DNA of 64,000 bases from Asterias rubens. Taxonomy: Eukaryota. This document shows, piece after piece, positions 21,421 to 33,290 of the stretch. How positions within the stretch are numbered: the first letter of the stretch is position 1; each line of letters opens with the position of its first letter. The stretch spans positions 15,376,001-15,440,000 of the forward strand of contig NC_047070.1 in NCBI RefSeq assembly GCF_902459465.1, given 5' to 3'. A program made the translations under genes and the position numbers. The notes under the pieces are model-generated. The model was not told where the DNA came from, made no database searches, and worked only from the letters and a program-made list of their open reading frames with translations.

Positions 21421-23528
21421 ATTGAGCAGAGAATTAAAGTTCAAGAGCAAATGAATTACTTTCCCTAAATTGTTAAAAAACTGTGAGACTTCTAGGTATG
21501 TTTTCGTGTATTTTTAAACACTAAAAGCAGTCTGCACCGTGTGCTATATTTTGTGATTTACATAAAAGAAAAACCAAAGATAATCTGGAGGGCTCCTTGG
21601 CTAATATTAATTAAAAGACCAAGTTGGAATCCTTGTGCCACAAATTGTGCTTTTATCCGCCCAGTAACGGTAACCTTGATATTTAACACTAAGCCACCTG
21701 ACTATAGGTTATTCAGTGTTACCTTGGTGTTACTCTCTCTTGAACAGGGCACCCCACTTCCCTTCCACAATATCAATGGCAGATCATTTAAGACGAGAGA
21801 GTTGTTTAACACAACACAGCTCCACACGTGTTGGTCGCGAGCCACAAGCGATCTGCCGGACGCCTCGCCAGAAAGGCAAGTTATTAAAGACACGTGGTAA
21901 ACCCATCCCACTGGGCCCCGAGGCGCTCATGTCGCGTGCTGAAACAATCAAAGCTGATTATAGCGTGAAAACACGCCGGGGTATCTTGTCTTCCTGCCTG
22001 TTGCTTGCTGACTCCAAGACCGTGCATGAAGCATGAATCCAGGCATGACGAGAGTGGTTAGATTGAGCTCCTACAAAAGAACTCCCCGTACTTATCTTGA
22101 AGTATTATTCAGAAAGGAGTGTACTGTCAAAATACATTGTTGTAAAAACATCACACATTATGCATTTTCGCATGCAATTAATACATTTTGGAACCTACGA
22201 CAGTCTGGGTGCTCCACTATAGACCTTTATCATGGTGTGGCCATCTTGATTTTACTCCATTCCAACTCGTGGTAACCAAGCTGAGGCTGGACGAAATAAT
22301 AGTCTGGTGCCATGTTTGCGCAATGAATGTTAACATTCATTACTGTTATGGAAACATGGAACATGACCAAGATGGTGACATCATGATAAAGGAGGGCTAC
22401 CTCCTCTGATCTGGTTGTTATTTCTTAATTATTACTTTTGTCTTACTATTATGACTGTTGTTTTTTAATGTATTTTCAAGTTGTGCAAAGGGAAATTAAC
22501 CAAATAAACACAAAAATTACCTTATACATAAAATTACTTCAGCCAACAGGCAATATAAAAGTTAGACGACAATATAGCTTCTATTGTTCACAATATTTCA
22601 TGATTAAATTGTTTCGTTCCCCAGCCCCCCCCCTCCCCCAATCTTATATAGGCTTTAGTTTGCATTACTACATTGTATATCGCGTCAGATCATAAGGAAA
22701 TGTTTCAAGCTTCTAAAACGTTTTCTACTTTTCCAAATAGTTCCCATATCAGAATTATCGGGCATTTTGCAATGAGCGGAAATCACAATTACAAAACAAA
22801 TAGTCAGATAAAAGTGTCACAGATAATGCTTTCTTAGAATCCCAACAGGAAGCAAGTGGTTGAATCTCGGACAGGGTGTACGTACCCAGATTTGGTCTCA
22901 TTTTCTTGGACAAATCTTCTTCAATTAAAGGCACTCAGGGTCGATTTGAGAAAACGTGAGGGCTAGTCCTAAACCTAAGACTTGTCCTAGGAGATAGTAA
23001 AAACGTATGGCTGTATAGGCCTAAGTTAAGACGAGTAACTCGACCTTACTCAAAATAAGACTTGTCTTAACTTTTTGTGAAATCCCCGGACGCCTTTAAT
23101 AGTTATTGTCAAAGACCAGTATCATCACGGTGATCTCAACATAGGCATAAAAGTAACAAATCTGTTGACTCCATTGATCACCAAAGTGGCACGAGAAAAA
23201 TTATGAAAGAAAAAACACACTTGTTGCACAAATTTGTGTGCTTTCAGATGCCAAACAAACGGCTTTAGGTCTGAAGTATCAAACACTGAGGGAGCCGTTT
23301 CTCACAACGTTTTATACTATCAACAGCTCTCCATTGCTCGTTACCAGAAGTAGTAAGTTTTTATGCCGACAATTATTTTGAGTAATTATACCAAGTGATC
23401 AGTAACTTTAAGCTCATTTCAACAGTTAGTGTTTACTATGATCCATATTTTATGAAAAATATGATATAAATCTTACATGTCTCAATCTGTGAATGAAGTT
23501 TTCCAACTTGAGTGTCCAGTGCCTTTAA

Positions 23529-23856
23529 AGCCATTGGACCCTTTCGGTAAACAGTGTTGTCCAAGGCCCACACTTTGTGTACCACAACTTCTATATCAAA
23601 TAACAAACCTGTGAAAATTTAGGCTCAATCGGTCATCGGAGTCGGGTGAAAACAACGGAAAAACCCACCCTTGTTTCCGCGCGTTTCGCCGTGACATGAC
23701 ATGTGTTTCAAATAAATCCGTAATTCTCGTTAACGAGAAGCATTTCATGGAATAACATTTCAAGAGAAGTCTTTCACCATTGCCTTCTGTAAACCCTGTA
23801 AGTTATTTGTAAATCTGTGAACTTTTTTTTTTCTGAACCGAAAGGGTCCAATGGCT
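23529..23856. mobile_element. Kolobok-type MITE family 3 (AGCCATT), full length
   Basis: TTAA at 23525-23528 and 23857-23860; AGCCATTGGACCCTTTCGG / CCGAAAGGGTCCAATGGCT TIRs. Homologous to 5432-5795. Confidence 0.9.
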
Positions 23857-24589
23857 TTAAGGAGACGACGGGCAATAATAGTAGAACAAAAAAAGTTTGT
23901 GATACCTACTCATTTCAAGTTCATTTTAAAAGTTTATGTTCCATATTTTCAGAATATGATATGAATCTTACATGATGTCCTAATCTGTGTATAAAGTTTT
24001 ACCAACTCGAGCCGTGATAGTGCACATAAAGCAGCCTGACTAAGCCACCGGGTGCTGAGTCAACTAAATCCCTGGGCAGAACGTTACGTGGAGCCCGGGT
24101 CCCAATCGCTGATAGACTAGGCGACATCGGGTCTACCTACCCTGCCATAATACTCTATATGTTACAACAGACTTCACGCATAAAATACCTCCTTGCTTCA
24201 AGTCTACCATTGCCGGCTTGATAGACGATCTGGCCCAGTTTGCATTGAAGCAGCACGGATTGGGGGAAGGGGGTGAAGGTAGCGCCCCCTCCCTATGGCC
24301 AAACAAACCAAAGATTAGGCCCACGGGGTGCAGCAATTTCCCTTTTTTATGATTGCGAATTGGGGCTCACGTATCAAACGCGCTCCCAGTGCCCCTATTA
24401 CAAAACCCGAACCCTTGTACCCGAAGGCTATTGGGGCTTACTGTTAACCCCTCCCAAATACATTCTACACAACATTGTAACACCATGGATGAAAAAGAGT
24501 TTTTTTTATAGTAATCAATGCAAAAATCACTACTCAAATTTTACAGAGACAAGATTGTGAGAAAATAGAATCGCCTGTTTCAAACTGCT

Positions 24590-24980
24590 CAGCAACCGAA
24601 AGCTTTCTGACCCCCCCTCTCGATCTCTATTCATGTACATGTAGATCCACTTTTGCTTATGTCACACTTTGTAAATGTTTGTTGTGTTGTCATTTAGCCT
24701 TCGATAAATACTCTGCTAACGTTAGGCCATTAACTATTTTTTTTAACAAGAATATTGTTTGCAACAGCTAATTTTATTTTCTCAAGAATATTGTATGTGA
24801 AAGTTCATTGTTTTCTGTAAAGTGCATACTTAATCAGCACCTTTTGGTAGTTGAAATCACCAACGCCATTGAAATTGTATAGTATAATGTTGCGGTAACA
24901 GTAGTGATAGTAAATCTCTAAAATGAGTTCGGGTGGTTCCGAAAAGAACCGTTGGTTTCAACTCGACGTTTCGATCATTG
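24590..24980. mobile_element. Penelope-like terminal-repeat remnants with partial hammerhead-like motifs
   Basis: 24697-24727 is a deleted copy of the motif at 42673-42712. 24955-24978 reads GATCGAAACGTCGAG on the minus strand. Downstream TGTTTGCAACAGCTAATT is shared with 42757-42775. Confidence 0.5.
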
Positions 24981-25754
24981 GAAATATTATCATTTTGGTT
25001 CTTGCCATGATCCCTTCACTACATTCAATATTTCACGCGTCTCATTCTTCACATTGACATAACCTCCTCCGGACATGCGGAGAAAAAAAGCCGTTACCTC
25101 AAGGCCAACCCAGAGGTACCTTGCGTGTAAAGAGGCGTGCATATGCGCTGGAAGATATTTACATCGGGTGTGACCCAAGGGTGTTGGTGTTCCAACTGGT
25201 AAAGTCCGGTATACTCCCATGGGGCTAGGCCCAAGAGGGGGTTAGATTGACCTTGCTATCCCCGTTTATAGAACGAAGATTCATGCCTGCATGTCAGAGC
25301 CCGTCAACCTAGGAAATTGCAGAGATCTCGTAGTGTAATTAGGTTGTAGCGTGCACCCTTGGGGAAACGGTCTCCAGAGACAGGCAGATTTAATGCGTGT
25401 ATAACGTAATTTAAGTATCCAATTTATGGTATTCCTATCTAATTCGAGTAATAATTTCTAGAGGATTATCTTCTGCAGGCAACTTGTATGACTACTCTAT
25501 TACTCAGGTCAATAGAGTGTTGTTGCAACATTCTCTTGCCAGAAACAAAATGGCCACCGTATAGAGTTCTGACGTGCGTCAGTTTAATTAATGTGCGAAC
25601 ATCATGGGAACAAAATGGCCACCGTACAGAGTTGTGTTCGAACCTCGACCTTAAAACATGGCCGCTGCTGACTGTACAGTTCGATAGAATTAATTTATTG
25701 GAAACCAAACACTACTCTGGATCTATGTGCTTCTTTGTTTTGGTAATAGAGTCA

Positions 25755-25958
25755 AGTTTGCTAGTTCTTTGTTCCAGGGTTATATGTGGCCCTTTGTTTT
25801 AGATAACGCCAAGCCTTGCTTGTTCTTTGTACCAGGGTTCTGTCCCAAAAACGATGCTCTTTCTCATCATTAGAAACCAAATAATATTCATGGTTCTATG
25901 TGGTCTTTTGTTTTAGTTAATTTTAAGCTTTGATAGTTCTTTGTTCCAGGGTTCTGTG
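25755..25958. repeat. Degenerate short tandem repeat (TTGNTNGTTCTTTGTWCCAGGGTT core, 3 copies)
   Basis: Core seen at ~25757, ~25817 and ~25928. Confidence 0.6.
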
Positions 25959-26463
25959 AAGTTCGTCACAAATCACCATGAGTCACCATACCGAATCTCA
26001 AAACACCACAGACCGACTGTTACACGGTAATCTGCCGCTCTTTTCAACATAGCCTTACTGGAGTGAAAAACATGCATTTCCTGAAATGAACCATAAGGGA
26101 CTATTTATTACTAATATTTGCGCAGCTTAATCATAATGCATTGTAGGGCAACGATGGATGGATATTGATACATGAATTAATCACTATATGGTGACAGAAG
26201 CCGTTGGATGTTATCTGATATGACGAATCAAAGGACTCGATATAAACAAATTTAGCTAGTCATTTCGAAATTGACCAATCGAAGAGGGCGTTATGACTGG
26301 AAACGGGCTGTAAACCAATCAACTGTTACTCATGAGTTAGTAACGCACATTAATTACTTGAACATCAGCAATATCAACAGCATGCAGCAATATGCCCTAG
26401 GTGATTAGCGATTATCGTTATTGTAGAGTTTATCGTATTATTATCTGACCACTGAATGTGCAT

Positions 26464-27090
26464 ACAGACAACTCGACCATTCGGATAACTCGACGGTTGG
26501 GACACCTCGACGGTTGCGACAACTCGACCATTCTGACAACTCGACAGGTGAGACACCTCGACGGTTGCGACAACTCGACCGTTCGGACAACTTGACGGTT
26601 GAGACACCTCGATGTTTGCGACAACTCGACCATTCGGACAAATTGACGGTTGAGACACCTCGACGATTGGGACAACTCGACCATTCGGACAACTCGACAG
26701 TTGAGACACCTCAACGGTTGAGACAACTCGACGAATGGGACAACCCAGCCGTTTGGACAACTCGACAGTTGAGACACCTCAACGGTTGAGACAATTCGAC
26801 GAATGGGACAACCCAACCGTTTGGACAACTCAACATTTCAGACAACTTGACGGTTGAGACGACTCGACGAATGGGACAACCCGATCGTTCGGACAACTCA
26901 ATGGTTGAGACCATTCGACGGTTTGGGCAACTCGACTGTTCGGACAACTCGACGGTTGAGATACCTCGACGGTTGGGACAACTCAACGTTTCGTACAACT
27001 TGATGGTTGAGACACAGGCGGTTGGGACAACCGGACGTTCTGGACAACTCGAAGGTTGAGACAATTCGACGGTTGGGACAACTCAACTCG
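26464..27090. repeat. 17-bp minisatellite (GACAACTCGACGGTTGA-like) with 3-mer and 4-mer higher-order structure
   Basis: About 36 monomers parsed by eye. Variants cycle ACTCGACCATTCG / ACTCGACGGTTGA / CCTCGACGGTTGC. Confidence 0.9.
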
Positions 27091-28076
27091 ATTTGCATGC
27101 ATTGTTGAACGCCAACAATAGACCCACTTCACCCACTCACCATAAGTTTTCATATATTGAAATATATGATAAGATCAGGACTGCGGCCGCAATACATGTG
27201 GTGTATGGCTACGTCTTACAGTCTCCACACAGATATAGCCTAAACATCTGACGTCCATTTCGAGGCCCGTGAATTACGTCAGAGAGCTGCCATCAGCCTA
27301 GGTCAATCCCCGTCCACTATCACCTTTCACCTACATTCATTTTGCATGAAGAAAGGACCAATCAAAACACAGATATGGAAACCTTATAAGTCACTGCACT
27401 GAAATGAAATGATTGTATCCAATGAAATCACTGGTTCTGAAAAGCAATTTTAAGTACCTGTCTTTTCCCTTGTAGATAAAGTCAGGGGACCAGTCTAACA
27501 CGGATAGGGGACACCAGAGCTGTTTATTGACTATTGAGAAAGGTGCTACATAGGGACCAGTTTTCTTTAGTCACGTGGTCGCTGGACGCCATTTTGTCTC
27601 CAAAATGCAGCACAACCGATTGGCAGACTAGTCTTGCACCCTGTGTTTTCCCATGCGCTTTTATAGGACAAATGGCTTGTAATCACAAGTTGTGAAGGAG
27701 CCCTCTACGTTAGGTTATAAGAACCAATCGTAGTGCTTGTTTAGGTGAACCATCTCGACAGTTTACAAAACACTCAGCCTCAATGGTCGCGTTATAAGGA
27801 AGTTATAATAGTCCAAGTCTTAATCCCGCAATGTTTCTGTCGTGAATCTGCACACACTGCCCTTGGCCTTGACGCTCTTTCCTGTACATAATCAAACACT
27901 GATGGGTTTATCCTGCCTAGCTTGATTGATAAAACCCCTAGCGGACTCACCACAGAAACCGACCAGAACAACCTAGATTTATACTCTCTCAAAATATTTG
28001 ACGCTGAGCAGATTTCTCAGTCATAAGCGAGCGAGCTTTGCTGATGTTGCGAAAGGGGTCAAATCGCGGGTATTAA

Positions 28077-28438
28077 AGACACTGGATTAGCCTTCTTACT
28101 CGGTGTATCTCAACATGTGCTTAAAATAACAAACTTGTAAAAATTAATTTTTTAGCTCACTCGGTCGTCGAGGTTGCGAGATAGTACTGAAAGAAAAAAC
28201 ACCCTTATCACACGAAATTGTGTGCTTTCAGATGCTTGATTTTGAGACCTCAAATTCTAAATCTGAGGTCTCGAAATCAAATTCGTTGAAAATTACTTCT
28301 TTCTCGAAAACTAAGTCACTTCAGAGGGAGCCGTTTCTCACAATTCTTTATACCATCAACCTTTCCTCATTACTCGTCACCAAGAAAGGTTTTATGCTAA
28401 TAATTATTTTGAGGAATAACCACTAGTGTCCACTGCCT
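28077..28438. mobile_element. Kolobok-type MITE family 1
   Basis: TTAA on both sides, family-1 body and central palindrome. Confidence 0.85.
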
Positions 28439-29384
28439 TTAAAACGTATAACTATATAGACTAAACTCTCCTATTTGAGAATATATCTCAGATTACTCTT
28501 GGACCTGTTTCGTTAAAAGATCACCTTCTCATACACCCCACCGTCCAACAACCCCTTTCAAGATTATATTGATGGGATTAAATTCACAAGTGGAAATTAA
28601 AATTACCTGCATATTATAAATATAATTGAGTAAAAACGTAATCATTCAAAAACCCTTCAACACAAATTAATTAGATCAGTCATTGGGACACACGCCAATA
28701 AAATCAGAGCAAAAAAATATTAGTGCTCAGGTGTTTTGTTTTCTACCTGTTGTCATGGACCAATCAATCAAAAATTATCGGCCCCTCTAAGTGCAAAAAG
28801 AGGTATTAATTGAATAATGAGGTTGACCAAAACATTTGTGACTCTCATATTTTGTATTATATAATTTTTATATTTTAATTCTTCGGACAAAAAAAAAAGC
28901 AAAACAATAAAACAAGCACAGGCCGTCCAGGGAAGGGCAAAAGTAAAAAAAAACTGTCATAAAAAAAGATGTGCCCTCCCAGACCTAGCTCATAAAAAAT
29001 ACACATTTATATACTATGCATTAAACATTAATGGTGTGGAAAGGAAACATAAACCATCAAGATCAAAGCTATAAGATAAAGACTTTGGTTATAAAATGAC
29101 AGAAAACATGTTTTACAAACCAATCGGTATATTTTGGGTACAATCTTGTCATCAAATGAATACTCGGTTGCTATGAAGAGGAAGCTAGTTTATGAACATG
29201 ATTGGTTGCCGTAACTGAGTACAAAATAACTAGACGAAGCAACTAAACTATGAATTAACGAGGAATTCATAAAACTAAAAGCTTTTTATATAGGAAGACC
29301 TATACCATTCCCCCCAAAATCTACAATTTAGTTTATAGTGAATTTGCATTATATACCATAATAATTGTTAACATGGGCTAGAAG

Positions 29385-29990
29385 TGCAAGGATATATCTT
29401 TCCTATAGGGTCACTGCTAGAAGTGCTATGGATCTAGTGGTGCGAGAGTAAGTCGAGTTTGCTGCTTAAAGTGCTAAGATAGCTATGGTACTAGGTAAGT
29501 ACCAGTAAAGATCGCTGCTTAGAAATGCTAAGATAGCTCTGGCACTAGGGAAGTACCAGTAAAGTTCGCTGCTTAGAAATGCTAAGATAGCTCTGGTAAA
29601 CTAGGTTAGTACCAGTAAAGATCGCTGCTTAGAAATGCTAAGATAGCTCTGGCACTAGGTAAGTACCAGTAAAGATCGCTGCTTAGAAGTGCTAAGATAG
29701 CTCTGGCACTAGGGAAGTACCAGTAAAGTTCGCTGCTTAGAAATGCTAAGATAGCTCTGGCACTAGGGAAGTACCAGTAAAGTTCGCTGCTTAGAAGTAC
29801 TAAAATATATATGGGGTTAGGTCAAGTTCGCTGCTTAAGTGCTACTTCGTACTAAGGTACGGTCAACTTAGGTCAAGTTCTCTATTTAGAATTGCTAAGA
29901 TATAGTCGTATCTATGGTTATAAGTCAACCAATGTTCAGAAGTGCTAAGATAAATATCTAGTCGTATAGGGCCTACTAGATTAAGTCAAG
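29385..29990. repeat. 54-bp tandem repeat: ~6.5 near-identical units (29460-29800) with degenerate flanks
   Basis: The unit CGCTGCTTAGAAATGCTAAGATAGCTCTGGCACTAGGGAAGTACCAGTAAAGTT starts at 29513, 29567, 29623, 29677, 29731 and 29785. Confidence 0.92.
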
Positions 29991-31308
29991 TTCTTTGCCC
30001 AGTAATATCAATCAAATCCCTTGCTGACTTGCCCCAAAAAGATGCCAACAGATTTCACAAGTAATTCACAGATTCGTCAAAGATGTCACCAGGATACCAT
30101 ATTATGTTTTATCATAATTGGTTTGAATTTAAGGTTGTCATAATGAATTAGTCGCATCGGATTGGAGACTGTGTCCCCAAACACCCTGGACCATCCAAGA
30201 CCCCTGCCAGACGCCCAGGTTGATCAGCATCAAAACATGTTCAGTTTCCGGACCCTTTATTGGTGAGGTTCCTTGTGTGTGTGACCATTGCTAATGGTAC
30301 AGACGCTTTGGGACCCCTGGTTTGGCTTAAACGGTGTTTAGCATCTTCAACTTATTAAAAAAAATACCAAACATAGATTCAAAAAACTTGAAACCTGATC
30401 GCAAAATGTTTGGGATGGTATACGTATACGTCTCCAAACTAATACAATATTTCCAATAGCATAAAATGCCTACGACACAAAATCACAAAATCACAAAACT
30501 ATTAGACATTTCCAGTGGATATGTTTACGTCACAAAAGGATATTCCGGTCGACAAAGTGAGTTGACGAAGAAAATAATATATACTTCAGTCCATCGAAAA
30601 CGTGAGTGACAAATTACTCCTTTCTTAAAAACTACGATTTTTTTCCAGAGGGAGTCGTTTCTCACAATGTTTAACAGCTCTCCATTGCTCGTTCCCAGAT
30701 AGTATTTATGCTAACTATTTTTTTAGAGCAACTACCATTAGTGTCCAGTGCCTTAAACTTGGGGATTCGAAGTTTTTTCCGTAGAATTGCAAGGGGTGTT
30801 TTTGCGGCCAAGCCTCTCCTTGTCTATCCAAAAGACACCAACCCTAGACCATGCAATTCTTTCTCCATGTCCAAAACAGTGCACTATTTCGACATAAGGC
30901 GCGACAGAGCAAAGAGTGAGGTATCTAAACTCACTGGAACTCCCATACTTGATGCCACAAAGTTAGCGGAACAAGAAACCGGACTGATCGAACGATCGAA
31001 TTAATGTCCAATTTATGAATAAACTATTTGATTGTTTAAGATCGATTAACAAGGGGTCCTTAAGGTCTGTGCTAATAACTTATTTACATGTAGAAAGACT
31101 CTCACTCTGTGTGATCGGAAATCAAGATAATTTAGTTTGCCTGTATTGAGATCATCAACGAAGAAGAAAATGATTCGAATTAGGAACAGATGTCTTCCTA
31201 CGTTTATTGGTCAAGATGAATAGATTTCTTATTTATATGGGGAGTACAGCGGGAAGCTTTAGAAGTGAACTTTAATTTACATCCTTTGTATGTCAAAACA
31301 CTACTTAA

Positions 31309-31689
31309 AGACACTGGACACTATTGGTAATTGTCAAAGACCACTGTTCTCACTTGCTGTATCTCAACATAAGCATAAAAAAACAAACCTGTGGAAATTT
31401 GAGCTCAATCGGTCGTCAAAGTTGCAAGATAATAATGATAGAAAAATCCCCCTGGTCACACGAAGTTGTGTGCTTTCAGATGCTTGATTTCGAGACCTCA
31501 AATTCTAAATCTGAGGTCTCGAAATCAAATTCGTGGAAAAATACTTCTTTCTCGAAAACTATGTTACTTCAGAGGGAGCCGTTTCTCACAATGTTATATT
31601 TTATCAACCTCTCCCCATTACTCGTTACCAAGAAATGTTGTATGCTAATAATAATTATTTTGAGTAATTACCAATAGTGTCTACTGCCT
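31309..31689. mobile_element. Kolobok-type MITE family 1, full length
   Basis: TTAA at 31305-31308 and 31690-31693; both TIRs intact. Confidence 0.9.
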
Positions 31690-31927
31690 TTAAGTTGAGT
31701 AAAGTACACCACAATAAGCAAGCCTCTTTATACAGTATTGCGATGAACAAACACCAATAACATACAACAGCATCATCGGAAAATACCATGTCACATGCAC
31801 ACTAAATTTGTGACTGGTTATCCTGCTCATGGTTTTAGTAAGAAGTTGTAACCCCTCCTTCCTAAAAAAAAAACAACCTTATTTCAAAGGGAGCCGTTTA
31901 ACACAATGTTTCATACTATTCACCGGA

Positions 31928-32217
31928 GTGTGGGTTCGAATCCCTGTCGTAACACTTGTGTCCTTTAGCAAGAAACTTTACTATAATTGCTTCTCTTTAC
32001 CCAGGGATACAAATGGGTACCTGCGAGGGTAGAGGTTGAAATTGTGTGTGAATAAGCCACAAGCGCCTTACAGGCAGCTCAGGGCTGTATACTCCCAATG
32101 GAGCTGAGAAACATTACAGGGATGTTATTGGCCCTATGACCAGGGGACTAATGTAAAGAGCATTGATACGGTTATTGTGAAATGCGCTATACAAGAATTT
32201 GTTATTATTGTTATTGT
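31928..32217 (+). mobile_element. tRNA/CORE-like SINE, same family as 1540-1890
   Basis: GGGTTCGAATCCC B-box, GTGTCCTTTAGCAAGA core, AATGGGTACCTGCGAGGG and TGAAATGCGCTATACAAG tail. Confidence 0.82.
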
Positions 32218-32541
32218 TTATATCTTTACAAACCAAGTAAAGCTTTATTCAAACAACTATTTTGAGTAGTTTACCTTTAAGCAGCTCTATTATTTGGGCC
32301 ATGGAGTCAGAAAATCTATACGATTTCAATCATATTTCGTATTTATGACAGCTCGAACGTCTTCAGGGTAATGCTCATTAAAATTATTTAATTTTTTTAA
32401 GTGATGATATTCCCTAACGTAAAAAACAGCACCCTTGGGTTACGTCATGTAATAACTTCCCATCCCACAATGAATCTTCAGAAAGCACTCATAACTGGCA
32501 AAAAAAAGTTGTCACGATAACTCGTCACTGAATTCCCTTAA

Positions 32542-32888
32542 AGGGACACGTTGCCTAGGATCGGGTGAGTTGGTTTTTGAAACCGTTTGTAGTGAAATGC
32601 ATATGGTTAGAAAGATGTTTTAAAAGCCACACAAATATGCCTCGAAATTGCACGGTTTTTCTTTTACAAACCAACACGGTCGGCCATTTTATGAAGTAAA
32701 AAACTTGACTGCACAAAACAGCGTGCCGCGCTAGTTCACGACGTATAAGGAAAACCATGCAATTTCGAGGCATATTTGTTTGGATTACTTAAATTGTAAA
32801 ACATCTTTCTAACCAAACATTTCATAACAAACGGTTTCAAACGCTTTTTATAGACCAACTCGCCCGATCCAAGGAAACGCGTGTTCCT
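32542..32888. mobile_element. Kolobok-type MITE family 4
   Basis: TTAA at 32538-32541 and 32889-32892; TIRs match 19787-20177. Confidence 0.88.
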
Positions 32889-32975
32889 TTAAGACCGTAG
32901 TCTCTGAGACTATTACCTTAACCATGGAGGGGTTCTTCCTCCAACCCCTATCTAAAACTAGGCCGGGGCATGGTG

Positions 32976-33290
32976 CTAAATTATTTGTTGTTTCTGTGTT
33001 CAAAATACTCGTTATTAAGATCAAGGGATGGACATTCACAAATCCACTGTCTGTATGTACAGTCAATAATACATCCGCTGAAAGTTTAAACTGATGCAAT
33101 TCGATACTAGATGAAAATGAAGTATAATGATTCTAAACTATTTGTTGTTTCTGTGTTCAAAACACTCACTTTTAAGATCAAGAGATGGACATTCGTAAAC
33201 CCACTGTCTGTATGTACAGTCAATAATACATCCGATGAGACATAAACTGATGCAATTCGATACCTAGGTGGAAATGAAGTATATACTTGA
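32976..33290. repeat. Tandem duplication, 2 x ~157 bp
   Basis: CTAAA(T/C)TATTTGTTGTTTCTGTGTTCAAAA starts at 32976 and 33133. Confidence 0.88.

Noticed and set aside
26374-27098. Cluster of long overlapping ORFs on both strands
   Set aside because: These result from the 17-bp/51-bp minisatellite lacking stops. There are no splice signals or domain similarity.
29460-29800. CRISPR-like appearance of regularly spaced palindromic repeats
   Set aside because: The units are contiguous with no unique spacers, there are no cas genes, and the context is eukaryotic. The same applies to the 37.6-38.3 kb array.
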